Assembly: GCA_034408725.1 (NCBI GenBank)
Contig: JAWXCN010000032.1
Span: forward strand, 1 to 64,000
From: Candidatus Hydrogenedentota bacterium
Lineage (GTDB): Bacteria; Hydrogenedentota; Hydrogenedentia; Hydrogenedentales; SLHB01
Direction: 5' to 3'
Length of the DNA: 64,000 nt
The notes below the pieces were generated by a model. It made no database searches. It was not told where the DNA came from and saw nothing but the letters and a program-made list of their open reading frames with translations. Position 1 is the first letter of the stretch; every line of letters begins with the position of its first letter. A program made the translations under genes and the position numbers. Below, piece by piece: positions 59,213 through 64,000 of this stretch.

Positions 59213-59977
59213 ATGTCCGATCTTGTAAAGCAGTTGGTTGAAATGTCCCGGTATTTGGGCGATCCCTCGAAGGGGTACGCAATGCTGGGGGAGGGCAATA
59301 CTTCCGCCCGGATCGATACCGATTCGTTCTATGTGAAGGCGTCGGGCACAACATTGGCGACGATTGGCGCGGATGGCTTCGTCCGGCTCTCGATATCCAA
59401 GGTGTTGTCGATCATTGATGACGAGTCCGCGGGCGACGAAGATGTTACTAGGGTGTTCAAAGAGGCGCTCCTTACCGAAGGTGAAACGCGGCGTCCGTCC
59501 GTCGAGGCGATGCTTCACGCCATTTTGCTTGGCATTCCTGAATACAGTTTTGTTGGGCACACCCATCCGATCTACACCAATGCAATTCTGTGTTCCATGC
59601 ACGCGGAAGAAGCGGCCAATGGCCGGATTTTTCCGGACCATGTCGTTTCGATGAAACATAAATCCGTGTTTGTGCCGTACGTCGATCCGGGTTTGGTCTT
59701 GGCGCGCGAGGTGAAGCGGCGATTCGAGGAATTTGTCGAGCGCGAGGGCGTTCTGCCTTCCGCGATCATGATGCAGAACCACGGGTTGATCACAATGGGC
59801 TCGACGCCCAAAGCGGTGACAAGCTGCACCGACATGGCTGAGAAGGCATCACAAATTATCGTCGGCGCCTATGCCGTTGGCGGGCCGCGCTGGATGTCCC
59901 CGGAGGATGTAGCGCGAATCTTTACCCGTCCTGACGAACACTACCGTTTGCAAAACATTGCCGGCCGCAGGTCATAG
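59213..59977 (+). CDS. Class II aldolase/adducin family protein
   Basis: GEGNTS, VKASG, RPSVE..LH, HTHP, NHGL. Confidence 0.9.
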   Translation: MSDLVKQLVEMSRYLGDPSKGYAMLGEGNTSARIDTDSFYVKASGTTLATIGADGFVRLSISKVLSIIDDESAGDEDVTRVFKEALLTEGETRRPSVEAMLHAILLGIPEYSFVGHTHPIYTNAILCSMHAEEAANGRIFPDHVVSMKHKSVFVPYVDPGLVLAREVKRRFEEFVEREGVLPSAIMMQNHGLITMGSTPKAVTSCTDMAEKASQIIVGAYAVGGPRWMSPEDVARIFTRPDEHYRLQNIAGRRS

Positions 59978-59990
59978 TGGAGGAAATACT

Positions 59991-61613
59991 GTGTCTTCAT
60001 TGAAAGAATATCGTGCGGCAGAGGAACCACTGCCTCGCGAATACCAGGCGTGGCAGATTTTCGGATCGGGATTCGAAAACGTCGGCAAAGACGGCAAGCC
60101 CGTTACGCTGCCATTACGCGAACCGGCAGACAATGAAGTGATGCTGCGCGTCGATGCGTTGGGGTTATGCCAGTCCGACATCAAAATCATCAGCCAGGGC
60201 AGCAAACATGCGCGCCTGCGAGGACGCGATCTCGCGACCGAACCGACTGTGCTTGGCCACGAATGCGCGGCGACGGTGGTGAAGGTCGGGAAGAATTGGG
60301 AGAATAAATTCAAGCCCGGCGAACGATTCATTGTTCAGGCGGATATTTATTACAAGGGCATTGGATACGCGTTCGGTTACTTGATCCCTGGTGGATTGGG
60401 ACAATACTGCTATCTTGACGAACGTGCGCTCGATGGTGACGAAGGCTGCTATCTTCTTCCCGTGCGCCCCGACACGGGCTACAGCCAGGCCGCGTTGTCG
60501 GAGCCGTGGGCCTGCGTCGAGATGTCGTACAACCTGATCGAGCGGCTGGAACCCGGCGACGGCGCGGTGTTGATTGTGACTGACATCGAAGCCGACCAAT
60601 GGCGCGCCGAGTTTCCAAAGGCGCATGTTGTTTCACGGAGTCTGCAAAACCTGCCGGCGGGCGAGTTCGACGATATAATTATCCCGATGCCCTCGCAGGA
60701 AATTGTGAATGCACTCGCGTCGCGTCTGCGAAAAAAAGGAATCATGTTCCTGTTGGGGATACCTTCGACGGATGATGCGGTGTCTTTGGACATTGGCCGT
60801 ATACATTATGAAGACGTGCGCTACTACGGCGGCGGAACCGATCTCGGCTCAGTGAAGCAATCCAACGCGCGCCACGATTTGCAGCCTGGCGGTTCTGCGT
60901 TGTTCATGGGAGCCGGGGGGCCGATGGGGCAGATGCATGTGCAGCGCGCTATCGAGATTGCGAACGGCCCCGAGTTGGTCGTCGTGACAGACCTTGATCG
61001 CGGGCGACTGGATCATATCCAACGCCGGTTCGGCGATATTGCAAAACATCGTGGCGTCAAACTTGTGACGCTTGCGGCCAGCGAGTTCGATTCCGCCGAA
61101 GCTATGAACGCGCGCATCGCCGGACTCGCCAAGGGCGGATACGATGATGTGGTCGTAATGGCGCCGGTAGCCAAGCTAGTTCCCCAGGCGATGGGATTCG
61201 CGGCGGACAACGCGGTGGTCAATGTATTTGCAGGCGTGGGCATTGGTTCGATGGCGGACATCGCACTGCGCGATCTGTGTCGGGGCATCAAGATTATTGG
61301 GTCGAGCGGCTCGCGCATCAGCGATTTGCGCAAAGTGCTTGAGATGGTCGAGCGAAGCGAGTTGAACACCAACCTCAGCATCGCGGCCATTGGCGGGCTT
61401 GGCGCGGCGCGCGAGGGGCTCGAAGGAGTGAACACCGCGCGCTACCCCGGCAAGACCGTCATTTACCCGCAGATTCCAAACCTTCCTTTGATGCCGGTCG
61501 AGGAAGTGGAAGAGCGAATCCCGGAACTCAAAGGCAAGCTCGGCCCGCACGCGGCGTGGACGAAAGAAGCCGAGCAGGCGTTGCTGGAGAAATATGTCAA
61601 TGGCGCGTCTTGA
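59991..61613 (+). CDS. Zn-dependent MDR dehydrogenase (L-sorbose-1-phosphate reductase-like), enlarged
   Basis: GLCQSD, LGHE, EPWAC, GAGGPMG; GGAGG before GTG 59991. Confidence 0.8.
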   Translation: MSSLKEYRAAEEPLPREYQAWQIFGSGFENVGKDGKPVTLPLREPADNEVMLRVDALGLCQSDIKIISQGSKHARLRGRDLATEPTVLGHECAATVVKVGKNWENKFKPGERFIVQADIYYKGIGYAFGYLIPGGLGQYCYLDERALDGDEGCYLLPVRPDTGYSQAALSEPWACVEMSYNLIERLEPGDGAVLIVTDIEADQWRAEFPKAHVVSRSLQNLPAGEFDDIIIPMPSQEIVNALASRLRKKGIMFLLGIPSTDDAVSLDIGRIHYEDVRYYGGGTDLGSVKQSNARHDLQPGGSALFMGAGGPMGQMHVQRAIEIANGPELVVVTDLDRGRLDHIQRRFGDIAKHRGVKLVTLAASEFDSAEAMNARIAGLAKGGYDDVVVMAPVAKLVPQAMGFAADNAVVNVFAGVGIGSMADIALRDLCRGIKIIGSSGSRISDLRKVLEMVERSELNTNLSIAAIGGLGAAREGLEGVNTARYPGKTVIYPQIPNLPLMPVEEVEERIPELKGKLGPHAAWTKEAEQALLEKYVNGAS

Positions 61614-62388
61614 GGGCAAACGCGCAATTGTTACTGGCGGCGCGCAGGGTTTGGGCGAAGCGATAGTCCATCGTCTCGCAAGTGAAGGGTGTTCCGTCGC
61701 AATTTGGGACATCAACGCGGACAAGTCGAACGAAGCCGCGGCGCGTATTGCAAATGACACGGGGCGAACGGTAATCGGCGCCCAGGTGGATGTATGCGAC
61801 GCAGCGGCCGCGCGCAATGCGATGGACGATGCGGCGGCGCGGCTCGGAGGACTTGAAGTGTTTGTATCGAACGCGGGCATTTTGAAATCCGGTGATTCAA
61901 TCACGTTCGAGGTCGAGCATTGGCGGCGTGTAATTGACGTGAACCTTACTGGCTATTTCATCTGTGCTCGCGAGGCCGCGCGCGTGATGGTGCAGGGCGG
62001 TAGCGGGTCCATCATTCAGATCAATTCCAAATCCGGCAAGAAGGGCAGCTTCAAGAACTGCGCATACGCCGCGTCGAAGTTTGGCGGCATCGGCGTCACG
62101 CAAAGTCTGGCATTGGAATTCGCGGAACACGGCGTGCGCGTGAACTCGATTTGTCCCGGAAATCTGCTCGATTCGCCGCTGTGGAAAGACAGCCTTTTCA
62201 AACAGTATGCCGCGAACCAGGGCATCAGCGAAAACGAAGTGCGGAAAAAATACGTGGACCAGGTGCCGATGAAACGGCCATGCACGTATCACGACGTGAC
62301 GAATGTGGTGATGTTTCTTGCATCCGACGACTCGTCGTACATGACCGGACAAGCGATAAACGTCACTGGCGGGCAGGAGATGCGGTAG
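61594..62388 (+). CDS. srlD: Sorbitol-6-phosphate 2-dehydrogenase-like SDR (start 61594 or 61600)
   Basis: TGGAQGLG, IIQINSKSGKKGS..N.AYAASKFGG.G.TQSLA, GNLLDSPLW, YMTGQAINVTGG. Confidence 0.85.
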   Translation: MSMARLEGKRAIVTGGAQGLGEAIVHRLASEGCSVAIWDINADKSNEAAARIANDTGRTVIGAQVDVCDAAAARNAMDDAAARLGGLEVFVSNAGILKSGDSITFEVEHWRRVIDVNLTGYFICAREAARVMVQGGSGSIIQINSKSGKKGSFKNCAYAASKFGGIGVTQSLALEFAEHGVRVNSICPGNLLDSPLWKDSLFKQYAANQGISENEVRKKYVDQVPMKRPCTYHDVTNVVMFLASDDSSYMTGQAINVTGGQEMR

Positions 62389-62393
62389 CGAAC

Positions 62394-62487
62394 GGGACTG
62401 TCACCGCCGCGGTGGCTGTCCCGGTTTTGGTGTTGACTGGCGGTGGTGTGGCAAAGCGGTGACAGCCACCGCGGCGGTGACAGTCCC
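62394..62487. repeat. Perfect 27-bp inverted repeat (REP doublet)
   Basis: GGGACTGTCACCGCCGCGGTGGCTGTC at 62394-62420 and its reverse complement at 62461-62487. Confidence 0.9.
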
Positions 62488-62498
62488 CGGGGGGTGCG

Positions 62499-64000
62499 AT
62501 GCCGGACACGCGATACGTACTTGCCATTGATCTCGGCACGGGCGGGCCCAAGGTTGCGCTCGTGTCAACGCGCGGCGAAATTTTTGCCCACGAAACCGAA
62601 GACCTTTCCATTACTTTCCTCGAAGATGGCGGCGCGGAACAGGATGCGCGCGACTGGTGGGATTCGATTGTGCGCGCGACGCGCCGGATTCTCGCACGCA
62701 CCAGCATTCCACGCGAAAATATCATCGCCGCGAGCGTGACCACGCAATGGTCGTTGACCGTCCCGGTCGATAAAAACGGCGAACCTCTGATGAATGCCAT
62801 TTGTTGGATGGACACGCGCGGCGCGCGGTATTGCAGGGCGTTGAAAGACGGTCTCGTGAAAATCGCGGGTTGCGAAGTGACGCGCTTGATTCGATGGCTG
62901 CGACTCACCGGTGGATGCCCCACTGACACCGGGTTCGATTCCCTCGCGCATGTCCTGTTTATCAAGAACGAACGCCCCGATGTTTACAAGGCCACGTATA
63001 AATTTCTTGAGCCGATGGATTACATCAATCTACGGCTGACGGGAAAGTTTGCGGCGTGTTATAGCGGCGTGTTTTCGTTGTGGCTCGCGGACACGAGAGA
63101 CATTGGCAAATTGAAATATGACGAAGGGTTGCTGCGGCTGGCCGGATTGGACCGCGAAAAGTTCGCGGAACTGACGCCGCCATTAACGGTTTTGGGGACA
63201 ATTACTCCGGGCGCGGCTGAGGAACTTGGGTTGCACACCGGCGTTCAGGTGATCATCGGCACGGGAGACAACCATTCCGCGACGGTCGGCTCTGGCGCGA
63301 CCCGGGACTACGAGGGGCACTGCTACGTTGGCACAACGTCATGGTTGTCCGCGCATGTGCCGTTCAAGAAAATTGATATCTTCCATTTGATCACCTCGAT
63401 GCCGGCGGCTGTTCCTGGAAGAAATATCGTGCTGGCGCAGCAGGGCACCGGTGGTGAATGCTTCAAATTCCTGAAAGAAAATATTCTGTATCGCGACGAT
63501 GTGTGCGCCACCGGGTCCGCTCCAGAGGACGCATACGAGCGGATGAACGAGCTGGCGAAGACGGCGCCACCGGGGAGCGATGGCCTGATGTTTACCCCAT
63601 TTCTCACGGGTGCCATGACGCCCATTAACGAGCGGCACACCCGCAGCGCGTTTGTGAACCAGTCCTTGAGCACGAACCGCGCGCATTACGTGCGCGCGGT
63701 AATGGAAGGCGTCGCGTTTAACCTGCGGTGGCTGCTGCCGTATGTTGAAAAGTTCATTGGCCGGCGATTCGAATCGCTCAACTATATTGGCGGCGGCGCG
63801 CAATCGGGCACTTGGTGCCAGATTATGGCGGATGTGCTGGATCGGCCCATTCATCAGATGGCCGAGCCGCGGCAGGCGAATGTTCGTGGCGCGGGGTTGC
63901 TGGCGTCGCTTGCGCTTGGAATCATTCGGATGGACGAGGTTCCTGGGCTTGTGCCGGTAATGAACACGTTTGCGCCAAATGCGGAGAATCGCGGGATATA
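62499..64000 (+). CDS. FGGY-family carbohydrate kinase (xylulokinase-like), truncated by the window end
   Basis: MPDTRYVLAIDLGTGGPK, EQDA..WW, WMDTR, GDT, GTT.W, RAVMEGVA, GGGAQS; missing from the ORF track because it has no stop in the window. Confidence 0.9.
   Translation, partial: MPDTRYVLAIDLGTGGPKVALVSTRGEIFAHETEDLSITFLEDGGAEQDARDWWDSIVRATRRILARTSIPRENIIAASVTTQWSLTVPVDKNGEPLMNAICWMDTRGARYCRALKDGLVKIAGCEVTRLIRWLRLTGGCPTDTGFDSLAHVLFIKNERPDVYKATYKFLEPMDYINLRLTGKFAACYSGVFSLWLADTRDIGKLKYDEGLLRLAGLDREKFAELTPPLTVLGTITPGAAEELGLHTGVQVIIGTGDNHSATVGSGATRDYEGHCYVGTTSWLSAHVPFKKIDIFHLITSMPAAVPGRNIVLAQQGTGGECFKFLKENILYRDDVCATGSAPEDAYERMNELAKTAPPGSDGLMFTPFLTGAMTPINERHTRSAFVNQSLSTNRAHYVRAVMEGVAFNLRWLLPYVEKFIGRRFESLNYIGGGAQSGTWCQIMADVLDRPIHQMAEPRQANVRGAGLLASLALGIIRMDEVPGLVPVMNTFAPNAENRGI

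Overview
GC-rich bacterial chromosomal window. The many DUF1559/H-X9-DG-like pseudopilin proteins carrying an 'RLREGVERFLITDIN' motif suggest Candidatus Hydrogenedentota or a PVC-like lineage (inference). Most of it is housekeeping: tRNA-Gln-prs-rplY-pth-ilvN-ilvC, accD-folC, acpP-fabF-rnc-hppA, M23 peptidase-bactofilin-mnmA, sigma70-apt, tadA, and a sugar catabolic cluster at the right end. Main find: a compact lipid/polyketide cluster at 34972-45291 (FAAL, ACP-KS-AT-KR-ACP-sulfotransferase-TE, second TE, Sfp PPTase). It has the domain order of cyanobacterial olefin synthase (Ols/CurM), but with NRPS-type TEs in place of the CurM-type decarboxylating TE. Other points: (1) an ECF sigma locus whose anti-sigma-like partner is fused to a DUF1559-like domain, with a shared 17-aa motif and two matching candidate ECF promoters; (2) an AT-richer beta-propeller gene bracketed by two RAYT-type transposase pieces next to tRNA-Gln; (3) several REP-like palindrome families plus hexamer microsatellites; (4) a deletion-frameshifted paralog; (5) an orphan antitoxin; (6) several apparently leaderless promoters. 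All calls come from reading motifs by eye; no database searches were run.
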